Assembly (NCBI GenBank): GCA_965655095.1
Contig: OZ296653.1
Coordinates: forward strand, 71,734,001 to 71,798,000
Source: Haplodiscus bocki
Lineage: Eukaryota
Direction: 5' to 3'
DNA: 64,000 nt
Both the position numbers and the translations under genes were made by a program. Shown here in pieces: positions 28,701-43,700 of the stretch. The notes beneath the pieces are model-generated. The model was not told the origin of the DNA. It searched no databases and was given only the letters and a program-made list of their open reading frames with translations. Every line of letters begins with the position of its first letter. Positions within the stretch are counted from its first letter, which is position 1.

Positions 28701-31700
28701 TTGGTCCTTGCAGGGAAAACCACATGGGCCTCAAAAGTGTAAGATTTCAAATTGTAATGTTTTTTTGTGGTACAGAGTCACTTTTGACCTAAATATCGAT
28801 TGATTTTCTGCCGTCCTCATCTCAACCGAAACTCTCAGTACTGGAAGGTCTTTCAATATCATTATCTCCTGCTCTTTCCCTGCGTCGGAAAATCGACGAA
28901 CTGTAAATGAAATTAGTGATTAATTGTTTTATATTCAAAAGCTCCTGCAAATGTACAGTTTGCTTTGTGTCCTTAACTTTTCGTTAAACACCCTTATACT
29001 TGCAAAAGATTTGTCTCTTTGTATTGTGTTCTGTTTTGTTCCTTTTATGGGAGACCTTGGGTCAAACTTTTTCAAAAGTGAAACTAGTAATTATTCCGGT
29101 CGATGCTCACTTTCAATCTAAGAATCCATCGGTGTCGCGTTTTTTCTTTAAATTTCGAGTGACAGAGTTTTACTACCTGAACGTTGTCAAACTTGACAGG
29201 TTAGTTTTCGGTCGTGGCATCTATAAAAGATTGACCGATCAAGCCACAAGTTTTGATTTTCAGTGTTTTTTCTCGCAATCCAAAATCACTTTCCAAACTT
29301 AACGATTACATTTGTTGCATCAAGGTCTGCAAGAAAACTTGTCCTCTTGGAGAGCCTGTGTTCTATCAAAGTTTTTGGTTTTCTGCCTTGCTTCAGAGAC
29401 CTTACAATGTAAAAAGGCCTCCAAGTGAAAACATTTTTTTGATTTTCAAGCGCATCCTCCAAAAGTAACGGTTGGAATTGTTCGATCAAAAAGACAAAAT
29501 AAAAATTGCTACTTCCAGCACGGCTGTCCCTTTCAATGCTTTGCTCCTTGCATTTCTGAACATGTGCCTCAAATGCAGATTATTTTGTTTTATTTCCTTT
29601 CGTTCCACTAACTCACATTCTGACTGAACTTCCGGTTGATTTTGAGCCGTCTAAGACTCACCGAAACTTGATCGCTTGTAGGATTTCTATCAGTATCAAT
29701 ATTTTCCTCAGTTTTCTGTATCGGAAACTTGATGTGCCGAAAAAATGAGTTATTCTTTCTCCGATTTTTAAACAAGTTCCTGCATAGGTACCGGTGGAAT
29801 TTCTCCCATTAAGATTTGAATCATCGGGTATATGCTGGCGAAATTTTTCTCACTGAATAATATTCTGAGTTTTCTTCTTTCTATCGGAAAGCTTCAGCGG
29901 CACTTCACGAAACTGTGCAAGAATTATCTTTCGTCGTTACTGAATTTCGATTTCCTCCAAAGCCAAGTTCGTCGCTTTCTTTGGTCAAGATCTCAAGTGA
30001 CAGATTTCTAACGGCTGAAATCTTTCAACACGGGCATTCAGGGTTCAGGTTGTGGCCTCCGAAACCTGATTGGTGAAGAAAAGCTATGAGTTCGACTATC
30101 GAATGAATTTTCTTGACATTGAGACTCTTTCTCATCGAAGCAGACATTTAGATATCTTACATCAGGGTGTCAAGCGATATTTGTTGACTCGTAGACCCTT
30201 CTTTCGATATTTTCATTCTTATGCCTTGAACCGAAATCCTCAGTAGCTGAGATGGCCGACGCTGGAAAAAACCCGATTTTCTCCGCGATTAACGGTTGAA
30301 TCTTCTCGATCAAAGTGATAATAGACAAATAACTTCTCTCAGCAAGTTTTTCCAGTTGAATGTTTTGGTCCTTGCATGGAAAACCACAAGGGCCGCAAAA
30401 ATGTAATATTTCAATTTTTAATGCTTTTTTGTGGTAAAGTGTCACTTCTGACCTAAAATATCGATTGATTGTATGCCGTCCCTATCTCAACCGAAACTCT
30501 CAGTACTGGAAGGTCTTTCAATATCAATATCTCCTGCTCTTTCTCTGCGTCGGAAAATTGACGAACCGTAAATGATATTAGTGATGAATTGTTTTATATT
30601 CAAAAGCTCCTGCAAATGTAGTTTGCTTTGTCTCCTTAACTTTTCAATAAACACCCTTATACTTGCAAAAGAATTGTCTCTATGTATTATCTTCTGTTTT
30701 GTTCCTTTTATGGGAAACCTTGGGTTAAACTTTATCAAAAGTGAAACTAGTAATTATTTCGGTCGATGCTCACTTTCAATCTAAGAATCCATCGGTGTCC
30801 CGTTTTTCCTTTAAATTTCGATTGACAGAGTTTTAATACCTGAACGTTGGCAACCTTGACAGGTTAGTTTTCGGTCGTGGCATCTATATTAGGTTGACCG
30901 ATCAAGCCACAAGTTTTGACTTTCAGTGTTTATTCTCGCAATCCAAAATCACTTTCCAAACTTAACGATTACATTTGTTGCATCAAGGTCTGCAAGAAAA
31001 CTTGTCTTTTTGGAGAGCCTGTGTTCTATCAAAGTTTTTGGTTTTCTGCCTTGCTTCAGAGACCTTACAATGTAAAAAGGCCTCCAAGTGAAAACATTTT
31101 TTTGATTTCCAAGCGCATCCTCCAAAAGTATCGGTTGGAATTGTTCGATCAAAAAGACAAAATAAAAATTGCTACTTCCAGCACGGCTGTCCCGTTCAAT
31201 GCTTTGCTCCTTGCATTTTTGAACATGTGCCTCAAATGCAGAATATTTTGTTTTATTTCCTTTCGTTCCACTAACTCACATTCTGACTGAATTTCCGGTT
31301 GATTTTCAGCCGTCCAAGACTTAACGAAACTTGATCGCTGGTAGGATTTCTATCAGTATCAATATTTTCCTCAGTTTTCTGTATCGGAAACTTGATGTGC
31401 CGAAAAATTGAGTTAGTCTTTCTCCGATTTTTAAACAAGTTCCTGCATAGGTACCGGTGGAATTTCTCACATTAAGATTTGAATCATCGGGTATATGCTG
31501 GCGAAATTTTTCTCACTGAATATTTATTGGGTTTTCTTCTTTCTATCGGAAAGCTTCAGCGGCACTTCACGAAACTGTGCAAGAATTATCTTTCGTCGTT
31601 ACTGAATTTCGATTTCCTCCAAAGCCAAGTTCGTCGCTTTCTTTGGTCAAGATCTCAAGTGACAGATTTCTAACGGCTGAAATCTTTCAACACGGGCATT

Positions 31701-34700
31701 CAGGGTTCAGGTTGTGGCCTCCGAAACCTGATTGGTGAAGAAAAGCTATGAGTTCGACTATCGAATGAATTTTCTTGACATTGAGACTCTTTCTCATCGA
31801 AGCAGACATTTAGATATCTTACATCAGGGTGTCAAGCGATATTTGTTGACTCGTAGACCCTTCTTTCGATATTTTCATTCTTATGCCTTGAACCGAAATC
31901 CTCAGTAGCTGAGATGGCCGACGCTGGAAAAAACCCGATTTTCTCCGCGATTAACGGTTGAATCTTCTCGATCAAAGTGATAGTAGACAAATAAATTCTC
32001 TCAGCAAGTTTTTCCGGTTGAATGTTTTGGTCCTTGCATGGAAAACCACAAGGGCCGCAAAAGTGTAATATTTCAATTTTTAATGCTTTTTTTTGTGGTA
32101 AAGTGTCATTTTTGACCTAAAATATCGATTGATTGTCTGCCGTCCTTATCTCAACCGAAACTCTCAGTACTGGAAGGTCTTTCAATATCAATATCTCCTG
32201 CTCTTTCCCTGCGTCGGAAAATCGACGAACTGTAAATGAAATTAGTGATGAATTGTTTTATATTCAAAAGCTCCTGCAAATTTAGTTTGCTTTGTCTCCT
32301 TAACTTTTCAATAAACACCGTTATACTTGCAAAAGAATTGTCTCTATGTATTATCTTCTGTTTTGTTCCTTTTATGGGAAACCTTGGGTCAAACTTTTTC
32401 AAAAGTGAAACTAGTAAATATTTCGGTCGATGCTCACTTTCAATCTAAGAATCCATCGGTGTCGCGTTTTTTCTTTAAATTTCGAGTGACAGAGTTTTAC
32501 TACCTGAACGTTGTCAACCTTGACAGGTTAGTTTTCGGTCGTGGCATCTATTTAAGATTCACCGATCAAGCCACAAGTTTTGATTTTCAGTGTTTTTTCT
32601 CGCAATCCAAAATCACTTTCCAAACATAACGATTATAGTTGTTGCATCAAGGTCTGCAAGAAAACTTGTCCTCTTGGAGAGCCTGTGTTCTATCAAAGTT
32701 TTTGGTTTTCTGCCTTGCTTCAGAGACCTTACAATGTAAAAAGGCCTCCAAGTGAAAACATTTTTTTGATTTTCAAGCGCATCCTCCAAAAGTAACGGTT
32801 GGAATTGTTCGATCAAAAAGACAAAATAAAAATTGCTACTTCCAGCACGGCTGTCCCTTTCAATGCTTTGCTACTTGCATTTCTGAACATGTGCCTCAAA
32901 TGCAGATTATTTTGTTTTATTTCCTTTCGTTCCACTAACTCACATTCTGACTGAATTTTCGGTTGATTCTCAGCCTTCTAAGACTCACGGAAACTTGATC
33001 GCCTGTAGGATTTCTATCAGTATCATTATTTTCCTCAGTTTTCCGTATCGGAAACTTGATGTGCCGATAAAATGGAGTTATTCTTTCCGATTTTTAAACA
33101 AGTTGCTGCATAGGTACCGGTGGAATTTCTCCCATTAAGATCTGAGTCATCGGGTATATGCTGGCGAAATTTTTCTTTACTGAATGTTTTTCTGGGTTTT
33201 CTTCTTTCTATCGGAAAGCTTCAGTGGCACTTCACAAAACTGTGCAATGATTATTTTTCGTCGTTACTGAATTTCGATTTCCTCCTAAGCCAAGGTCGTC
33301 GCTTTCTTTGGTCGAGGTCTCAAGTGACAGATTTCTAACGGCTGAAATTTTTCAACACGGACATTCTGGGTTCAGGTTGTGGCCTCCGAAACCTGATTGG
33401 TGAAGAAAAGCTATGAGTTTGACTATCAAATGAATTTTCTTGACATTGAGACTCTTTCTCATCGAAGCAGACATTTAGATATCTTAAATCAGGGTGTCAA
33501 ACCGTATTTGTTGACTCGTAGACCCTTCTTTCGATATTTTCATTCTTATGCCCTGAACCGAAATCCTCAGTAGCTGAGATGGCCGACGCTGGAAAAAACA
33601 CGATTTCCTCCACGATTAACGGTTGAATCTTCTCGATCAAAGTGATAATAGACAAATAACTTCTCTCAGCAAGTTTTTCCAGTTGAATGTTTTGGTCCTT
33701 GCATGGAAAACCACAAGGGCCGCAAAAGTGTAATATTTCAATTTTTAATGCTTTTTTTTGTGGTAAAGTGTCACTTCTGACCTAAAATATCGATTGATTG
33801 TATGCCGTCCCTATCTCAACCGAAACTCTCAGTACTGGAAGGTCTTTCAATATCAATATCTCCTGCTCTTTCTCTGCGTCGGAAAATTGATGAACCGTAA
33901 ATGATATTAGTGATGAATTGTTTTTTATTCAAAAGCTCCTGCAAATGTAGTTTGCTTTGTCTCCTTAACTTTTCAATAAACACCCTTATACTTGCAAAAC
34001 AATTGTCTCTATGTATTATCTTCTGTTTTGTTCCTTTTATGGGAAACCTTGGGTCAAACTTTTTAAAAAGTGAAACTAGTAATTATTTCGGTCGATGCTC
34101 ACTTTCAATCTAAGAATCCATCGGTGTCGCGTTTTTTTCAAAGAAATTTCGAGTGACATAGTTTTACTACATGAACGTTTTCAGCCTTGACAGGTTAGTT
34201 TTTGGTCGTGGCATCTATATAAGATTGACTGATCAAGCCACAATTTTTGATTTTCAGTGTCTTTCCTCGCAATCCAAATTCACTTTCCACAATTAACTAT
34301 TAGATTTGTTGCATCATGGTCTGCAAGAAAACTTGTCCTCTTGGAGAGCCTTTGTTCTATCAAAGTTTTTGGTTTTTATGCCTTGCTTTAGAGAGCTTAC
34401 AATGTAAAAAGGCCTCCAAGTGAAAACCTTTCTTTGATTTTCAAGCGCATCCTCCAAAAGTAACGGCTGGAATTGTTCGATCAAAGTGACAGAAAAATAA
34501 TTGCTACTTCCAGCACGGCTGTCCCTTTCGATGCTTTGCACCTTGCATTCCGAACATGTGCCTCAAATGCAGAACATTTTGTTTTATTATTGCCTTTCGT
34601 TCCACTAACTCACATTCTGACTGAACTTCCGGTTGATTTTGAGCCGTCCAAGACTCACCGAAACTTGATCGCTTGTAGGATTTCTATCAGTATCAATATT

Positions 34701-37700
34701 TTCCTCAGTTTTCTGTATCAGAAACTTTGATGTGCCGAAAAAATGAGTTTTTTCTCAGATTTTTAAACAAGTTCCTGCATAGGTACCGGTGGAATTTCTC
34801 CCATTAAGATTTGAATCATCGGGTATATGCTGGCGAAATTTTTCTCACTGAATAATATTCTGGGTTTTCTTCTTTCTATCGGAAAGCTTGAGCGGCACTT
34901 CACGAAACTGTGCAAGAATTATCTTTCGTCGTTACTGATTTTCGATTTCCTCCAAAGCCAAGTTCGTCGCTTTCTTTGGTCAAGATCTCAAGTGACAGAT
35001 TTCTAACGGCTGAAATCTTTCAACAAGGGCATTCAGGGTTCAGGTTGTGGCCTCCGAAACCTGATTGGTGAAGAAAAGCTATGAGTTCGACTATCGAATG
35101 AATTTTCTTGACATTGAGACTCTTTCTCATCGAAGCAGACATTTAGATATCTTACATGAGGGTGTCAAGCGATATTTGTTGACTCGTAGACCCTTCTTTC
35201 GATATTTTCATTCTTATGCCTTGAACCAAAATCCTCAGTAGCTGAGATGGCCGACGCTGGAAAAAACCCGATTTTCTCCGCGATTAACGGTTGAATCTTC
35301 TCGATCAAAGTGATATTAGACAAATAACTTCTCTCAGCAAGTTTTTCCAGTTGAATGTTTTGGTCCTTGCATGGAAAACCACAAGGGCCGCAAAAGTGTA
35401 ATATTTCAATTTTTAATGCTTTTTTTTTGTGGTAAAGTGTCACTTCTGACCTAAAATATCGATTGATTGTATGCCGTCCCTATCTCAACCGAAACTCTCA
35501 GTACTGGAAGGTCTTTCAATATCAATATCTCCTGCTCTTTCTCTGCGTCGGAAAATTGACGAACCGTAAATGAAATTCGTGATGATTTGTTTTATATTCA
35601 AAAGCTCCTGCAAATGTACAGTTTGCTTTGTGTCCTTAACTTTTCGATAAACACTCTTATACTTGCAAAAGATTTGTCTCTTTGTATTGTCTTCTGTTTT
35701 GTTCCTTTTATGGGAAACCTTGGGTCAAACTTTTTCAAAAGTGAAGCTAGTAATTATTTCGGTCGATGCTCACTTTCAATCTAAGAATCCATCGGTGTCG
35801 CGTTTTTTCTTTAAATTTCGAGTGACAGAGTTTTACTACCTGAACGTTGTCAACCTTGACAGGTTAGTTTTCGGTCGTGGCATCTATATAAGGTTGACCG
35901 ATCAAGCCACAAGTTTTGATTTTCAGTGTTTTTTCTCGCAATCCAAAATCACTTTCCAAACTTATCGATTATATTTGTTGCATCAAGGTCTGCAAGAAAA
36001 CTTGTCTTTTTGGAGAGCCTGTGTTCTATCAAAGTTTTTGGTTTTCTGCCTTGCTTCAGAGACCTTACAATGTAAAAAGGCCTCCAATTGAAAACATTTT
36101 TTTGATTTTCAAGCGCATCCTCCAAAAGTAACGGTTGGAATTGTTCGATCAAAAAGACAAAATAAAAAATGCTACTTCCAGCACGGCTGTCCCGTTCAAT
36201 GCTTTGCTCCTTGCATTTTTGAACATATGCCTCAAATGCAGAATATTTTGTTTTATTTCCTTTCGTTCCACTAACTCACATTCTGACTGAACTTCCGGTT
36301 GATTTTGAGCCGTCTAAGACTCACCGAAACTTGATCGCTTGTAGGATTTCTATCAGTATCAATGTTTTCCTCAGTTTTCTGTATCGGAAACTTGAAGTGC
36401 CGAAAAAATGAGTTATTTTTTCTCCGATTTTCAAACAAGTTCCTGCATAGGTACCGGTGGAATTTCTCCCATTAAGATTTGAATCATCGGGTATATGCTG
36501 GCGAAATTTTTCTCACTGAATAATATTCTGGGTTTTCTTCTTTCTATCGGAAAGCTTCAGCGGCACTTCACGAAACTGTGCAAGAATTATCTTTCGTCGT
36601 TACTGAATTTCGATTTCCTCCAAAGCCAAGTTCGTCGCTTTCTTTGGTCAAGATCTCAAGTGACAGATTTCTAACGGCTGCAATCTTTAAACACGGGAAT
36701 TCAGGGTTCAGGTTCTGGCCTCCGAAACCTGATTGGTGAAGAAAAGCTATGAGTTCGACTATCGAATGAATTTTCTTGACATTGAGACTCTTTCTCATCG
36801 AAGCAGACATTTAGATATCTTACATCAGGGTGTCAAGCGATATTTGTTGACTCGTAGACACTTCTTTCGATATTTTCATTCTTATGCCTTGAACCGAAAT
36901 CCTCAGTAGCTGAGATGGCCGACGCTGGAAAAAACCCGATTTTCCCCGCGATTAACGGTTGAATCTTCTCGATCAAATTGATAATAGACAAATAACTTCT
37001 CTCAGCAAGTTTTTCCAGTTGAAAGTTTTGGTCCTTGCATGGAAAACCACAAGGGCCGCAAAAGTGTAATATTTCAATTTTTAATGCTTTTTTTTGTGGT
37101 AAAGTGTCACTTCTGACCTAAAATATCGATTGATTGTATGCCGTCCCTATCTCAACCGAAACTCTCAGTACTGGAAGGTCTTTCAATATCAATATCTCCT
37201 GCTCTTTCTCTGCGTCGGAAAATTGACGAACCGTAAATGATATTAGTGATGAATTGTTTTGTATTCAAAAGCTCCTGCAAATGTAGTTTGCTTTGTCTCC
37301 TTAACTTTTCAATAAACACCCTTATACATGCAAAACAATTGTCTCTATGTAATATCTTCTGTTTTGTTCCTTTTATGGGAAACCTTGGGTCAAACTTTTT
37401 CAAAAGTGAAACTCGTAATTATTTCGGTCGATGCTCACTTTCAATCTAAGAATCCATCGGTGTCGCGTTTTTTCTTTAAATTTCGAGTGACAGAGTTTTA
37501 CTACCTGAACGTTGTCAACCTTGACAGGTTAGTTTTCGGTCGTGGCATCTATATAAGGTTGACCGATCAAGCCACAAGTTTTGATTTTCAGTGTTTTTTC
37601 TCGCAATCCAAAATCACTTTCCAAACTTATCGATTACATTTGTTGCATCAAGGTCTGCAAGAAAACTTGTCTTTTTGGAGAGCCTGTGTTCTATCAAAGT

Positions 37701-40700
37701 TTTTGGTTTTCTGCCTTGCTTCAGAGACCTTACAATGTAAAAAGGCCTCCAAGTGAAAACATCTTTTTGATTTTCAAGCGCATCCTCCAAAAGTAACGGT
37801 TGGAATTGTTCGATCAAAAAGACAAAATAAAAATTGCTACTTCCAGCACGGCTGTCCCGTTCAATGCTTTGCTCCTTGCATTTTTGAACATGTGCCTCAA
37901 ATGCAGAATATTTTGTTTTATTTCCTTTCGTTCCACTAACTCACATTCTGACTGAACTTCCGGTTGATTTTGAGCCGTCTAAGACTCACCGAAACTTGAT
38001 CGCTTGTAGGATTTCTATCAGTATCAATATTTTCCTCAGTTTTCTGTATCGGAAACCTGATGTGCCGAAAAAAAAGAGTTATTCTTTCTCCGATTATTAA
38101 ACAAGTTCCTGCATAGGTACCGGTGGAATTTCTCCCATTAAGATTTGAATCATCGGGTTTATGCTGGCGAAATTTTTCTCACTGAATATTTTTCTGGGTT
38201 TTCTTCTTTCTATCGGGAAGCTTCAGCGGCACTTCACAAAACTGTGAAATAATTATCTTTCGTCGTTAATTGAATTTCGATTTCCTCCAAAGCCAAGTTC
38301 GTCGCTTTCTTTGGTCAATGTCTCAACTAACAGATTTCTAACGGCTGAAATCTTTCAACACGGGCATTCAGGGTTCAGGTTGTGGCCTCCGAAACCTGAT
38401 TGGTGAAGAAAAGCTATGAGTTCGACTCTCAAATGAATTTTCTTGACATTGAGACTCTTTCTCATCGAAGCAGACATTTAGATATCTTACATCAGGGTGT
38501 CAAACGATATTTGTTGACTCGTAGACCCTTCTTTCGATATTTTCATTCTTATGCCTTGAACCGAAATCCTCAGTAGCTGAGATGGCCGACGCTGGAAAAA
38601 ACCGATTTCCTCCACAACTAACGGTTGAATCTTATCGATCAAAGTGATAATAGACAAATAGCTTCTCTCAGCAAGTTTTTCCAGTTGAATGTTTTGGTTC
38701 TTGCATGGAAAACCACAAGGGCCGCAAAAGTGTAAGATTTCAATTTGTAATGATTTTTTGTGGTACAGAGTCACTTTTGACCTGAAATATCGATTGATTG
38801 TCTGCCGTCCTTATCTCAACCGAAACTCTCAGTACTGGAAGGTCTTTCAATATCATTATCTCCTGCTCTTTCTCTGCGTCGGAAAATTGACGAACCGTAA
38901 ATGAAATTAGTGATGATTTGTTTTATATTCAAAAGCTCCTGCAAATGTACAGTTTGCTTTGTGTCCTTATTTTCGATAAACACCCTTATACTTGCAAAAG
39001 ATTTGTCTCTATGTATTATCTTCTGTTTTGTTTCTTATATGGGAAAACTTGGGTCAAACTTTTTCAAAAGTGAAACTAGTAAATATTCCGGTCGATGCTC
39101 ACTTTCAATCTAAGAATCCATCGGTGTCGCGTTTTTTCTTTAAATTTCGAGTGACAGAGTTTTACTACCTGAACGTTGTCAACCTTGACAGGTTAGTTTT
39201 CGGTCGTGGCATCTATATAAGGTTGACCGATCAAGCCACAAGTTTTGATTTTCAGTGTTTTTTCTCGCAATCCAAAATCACTTTCCAAACTTATCGATTA
39301 CATTTGTTGCATCAAGGTCTGCAAGAAAACTTGTCTTTTTGGAGAGCCTGTGTTCTATCAAAGTTTTTGGTTTTCTGCCTTGCTTCAGAGACCTTACAAT
39401 GTAAAAAGGCCTCCAAGTGAAAACATTTTTTTGATTTTCAAGCGCATCATCCAAAAGTAACGGTTGGAATTGTTCGATCAAAAAGACAAAATAAAAATTG
39501 CTACTTCCAGCACGGCTGTCCCGTTCAATGCTTTGCTCCTTGCATTTTTGAACATGTGCCTCAAATGCAGAATATTTTGTTTAATTTCCTTTCGTTCCAC
39601 TAACTCACATTCTGACTGAACTTCCGGTTGATTTTGAGCCGTCTAAGACTCACCGAAACTTGATCGCTTGTAGGATTTCTATCAGTATCAATATTTTCCT
39701 CAGTTTTCTGTATCGGAAACCTGATGTGCCGAAAAAAAAGAGTTATTCTTTCTCCGATTATTAAACAAGTTCCTGCATAGGTACCGGTGGAATTTCTCCC
39801 ATTAAGATTTGAATCATCGGGTTTATGCTGGCGAAATTTTTCTCACTGAATATTTTTCTGGGTTTTCTTCTTTCTATCGGGAAGCTTCAGCGGCACTTCA
39901 CAAAACTGTGAAATAATTATCTTTCGTCGTTAATTGAATTTCGATTTCCTCCAAAGCCAAGTTCGTCGCTTTCTTTGGTCAATGTCTCAACTAACAGATT
40001 TCTAACGGCTGAAATCTTTCAACACGGGCATTCAGGGTTCAGGTTGTGGCCTCCGAAACCTGATTGGTGAAGAAAAGCTATGAGTTCGACTCTCAAATGA
40101 ATTTTCTTGACATTGAGACTCTTTCTCATCGAAGCAGACATTTAGATATCTTACATCAGGGTGTCAAACGATATTTGTTGACTCGTAGACCCTTCTTTCG
40201 ATATTTTCATTCTTATGCCTTGAACCGAAATCCTCAGTAGCTGAGATGGCCGACGCTGGAAAAAAACCGATTTCCTCCACAACTAACGGTTGAATCTTAT
40301 CGATCAAAGTGATAAAAGACAAATAGCTTCTCTCAGCAAGTTTTTCCAGTTGAATGTTTTGGTCCTTGCATGGAAAACCACAAGGGCCGCAAAAGTGTAA
40401 GATTTCTATTTTTAATGCTTTTTTTTGTGGTACAGAGGCACTTTTGACCTAAAATATCGATTGATTGTCTGCCGTCCCTATCTCAACCGAAACTCTCAGT
40501 ACTGGAAGGTCTTTCAATATCAATATCTCCTGCTCTTTCCCTGCGTGGGAAAATTGACGAACCGTAATTGATATTAGTGATGAATTGTTTTATATTCAAA
40601 AGCTCCTGCAAATGTAGTTTGCTTTGTCTCCTTAACTTTTCAATAAACACCCTTATACTTGCAAAAGAATTGTCTCTATGTATTATCTTCTGTTTTGTTC

Positions 40701-43700
40701 CTTTTATGGGAAACCTTGGGTCAAACTTTTTCAAAAGTGAAACTAGTAATTATTTCGGTCGATGTTCACTTTCAATCTAAGAATCCATCGGTGTCGCGTT
40801 TTTTTCAAAAAAAATTTCGAGTGACAAGAGTTTTACTACATGAACGTTTTCAACCTTGACAGGTTAGTTTTCGGTCGTGGCATCTATATAAGATTGACTG
40901 ATCAAGCCACAAGTTTTGATTTTCAGTGTTTTTCCTCGCAATCCAAAATCACTTTCTACAATTAACTATTAGATTTGTTGCATCATGGTCTGCAAGAAAA
41001 CTTGTCCTCTTGGAGAGCCTTTGTTCTATCAAAGTTTTTGGTTTTATGCCTTGGTTTAGAGACCTTACAAGGTAAAAAGGCCTCCAAGTGAAAACCTTTC
41101 TTTGATTTTCAAGCGCATCCTCCAAAAGTAACGGTTGGAATTGTTCGATCAAAAAGACAAAATAAAAATTGCTACTTCCAGCACGGCTGTCCCGTTCAAT
41201 GCTTTGCTCCTTGCATTTTTGAACATGTGCCTCAAATGCAGAATATTTTGTTTTATTTCCTTTCGTTCCACTAACTCACATTCTGACTGAACTTCCGGTT
41301 GATTTTGAGCCATCTAAGACTCACCGAAACTTGATCGCTTGTAGGATTTCTATCAGTATCATTATTTTCCTCAGTTTTCTGTATCGGAAACCTGATGTGC
41401 CGAAAAAAAGAGTTATTCTTTCTCCGATTATTAAACAAGTTCCTGCATAGGTACCGGTGGAATTTCTCCCATTAAGATTTGAATCATCGGGTTTATGCTG
41501 GCGAAATTTTTCTCACTGAATATTTTTCTGGGTTTTCTTCTTTCTATCGGGAAGCTTCAGCGGCACTTCACAAAACTGTGCAATAATTATTTTTCGTCGT
41601 TACTGAATTTCGATTTCCTCCTAAGCCAAGGTCGCCGCTTTCTTTTGTCGAGGTCTCCGGTGACAGATTTCTAACGGCTGAAATTTTTCAACACGAACAT
41701 TCTGGGTTCAAGTTGTGGCCTCCGAAACCTTATTGGCGAAGAAAAGCTATGAATTCGACTATCAAATGAATTTTCTTGACATTGAAACTCTTTCTCGTCG
41801 AAGCAGACATTTAGATATCTTACATCAGGGTGTCAAACGATATTTGTTGACTCGTAGACCCTTCTTTCGATAATTTCATTCTTATGCCTTGAACCGAAAT
41901 CCTCAGTAGCTGAGATGGCCGATGCTGGAAAAAAACCGATTTCCTCCACAACTAACGGTTGAATCTTCTCGATCAAAGTGATAATAGACAAATAACTTCT
42001 CTCAGCAAGTTTTTCCAGTTGAATGTTTTGGTCCTTGCATGGAAAACCACAAGGGCCGCAAAAGGTAAGATTTCAATTTGTAATGCTTTTTTTGTGGTAC
42101 AGAGTCACTTTTGACCTAAAATATCGATTGATTGTCTGCCGTCCTTATCTCAACCGAAACTCTCATTACTGGAAGGTCTTTCAATATCAATATCTCCTGC
42201 TCTTTCTCTGCGTCGGAAAATTCACGAACCGTAAATGAAATTAGTGATGATTTGTTTTATAATCAAAAGCTCCTGCAAATGTAGTTTGCTTTGTGTCCTT
42301 AACTTTTCGATAATCACCCTTATACTTGCAAAAGATTTCTCTCTATGTAATATCTTCTGTTTTGTTTCTTATATGGGAAACTTTGGGTCAAACTTTTTAA
42401 AAAGTGAAACTAGTAATTATTTCGGTCGATGCTCACTTTCAATCTAAGAATCCATCGGTGTCGCGTTTTTTTAAAAAAAATTTCGATTGACAAGAGTTTT
42501 ACTACCTGAACGTTTTCAACCTTGACAGGTTAGTTTTCGGTCGTGGCATCTATATAAGATTGACTGATCAAGCCACAAGTTTTGATTTTCAGTGTTTTTC
42601 CTCGCAATCCAAAATCACTTTCTACAATTAACTATTAGATTTGTTGCATCATGGTCTGCAAGAAAACTTGTCCTCTTGGAGAGCCTTTGTTCTATCAAAG
42701 TTTTTGGTTTTATGCCTTGGTTTAGAGACCTTACAAGGTAAAAAGGCCTCCAAGTGAAAACCTTTCTTTGATTTTCAAGCGCATCCTCCAAAAGTTACGG
42801 TTGGAATTGTTCGATCAAAAAGACAAAATAAAAATTGCTACTTCCAGCACGGCTGTCCCGTTCAATGCTTTGCTCCTTGCATTTTCGAACATGTGCCTCA
42901 AATGCAGAATATTTTGTTTTATTTCCTTTCGTTCCACTAACTCACATTCTGACTGAACTTCCGGTTGATTTTGAGCCATCTAAGACTCACCGAAACTTGA
43001 TCGCTTGTAGGATTTCTATCAGTATCATTATTTTCCTCAGTTTTCTGTATCGGAAACCTGATGTGCCGAAAAAAAGAGTTATTCTTTCTCCGATTATTAA
43101 ACAAGTTCCTGCATAGGTACCGGTGGAATTTCTCCCATTAAGATTTGAATCATCGGGTTTATGCTGGCGAAATTTTTCTCACTGAATATTTTTCTGGGTT
43201 TTCTTCTTTCTATCGGGAAGCTTCAGCGGCACTTCACAAAACTGTGAAATAATTATCTTTCGTCGTTAATTGAATTTCGATTTCCTCCAAAGCCAAGTTC
43301 GTCGCTTTCTTTGGTCAATGTCTCAACTAACAGATTTCTAACGGCTGAAATCTTTCAACACGGGCATTCAGGGTTCAGGTTGTGGCCTCCGAAACCTGAT
43401 TGGTGAAGAAAAGCTATGAGTTCGACTCTCAAATGAATTTTCTTGACATTGAGACTCTTTCTCATCGAAGCAGACATTTAGATATCTTACATCAGGGTGT
43501 CAAACGATATTTGTTGACTCGTAGACCCTTCTTTCGATATTTTCATTCTTATGCCTTGAACCGAAATCCTCAGTAGCTGAGATGGCCGACGCTGGAAAAA
43601 AACCGATTTCCTCCACAACTAACGGTTGAATCTTATCGATCAAAGTGATAATAGACAAATAGCTTCTCTCAGCAAGTTTTTCCAGTTGAATGTTTTGGTT

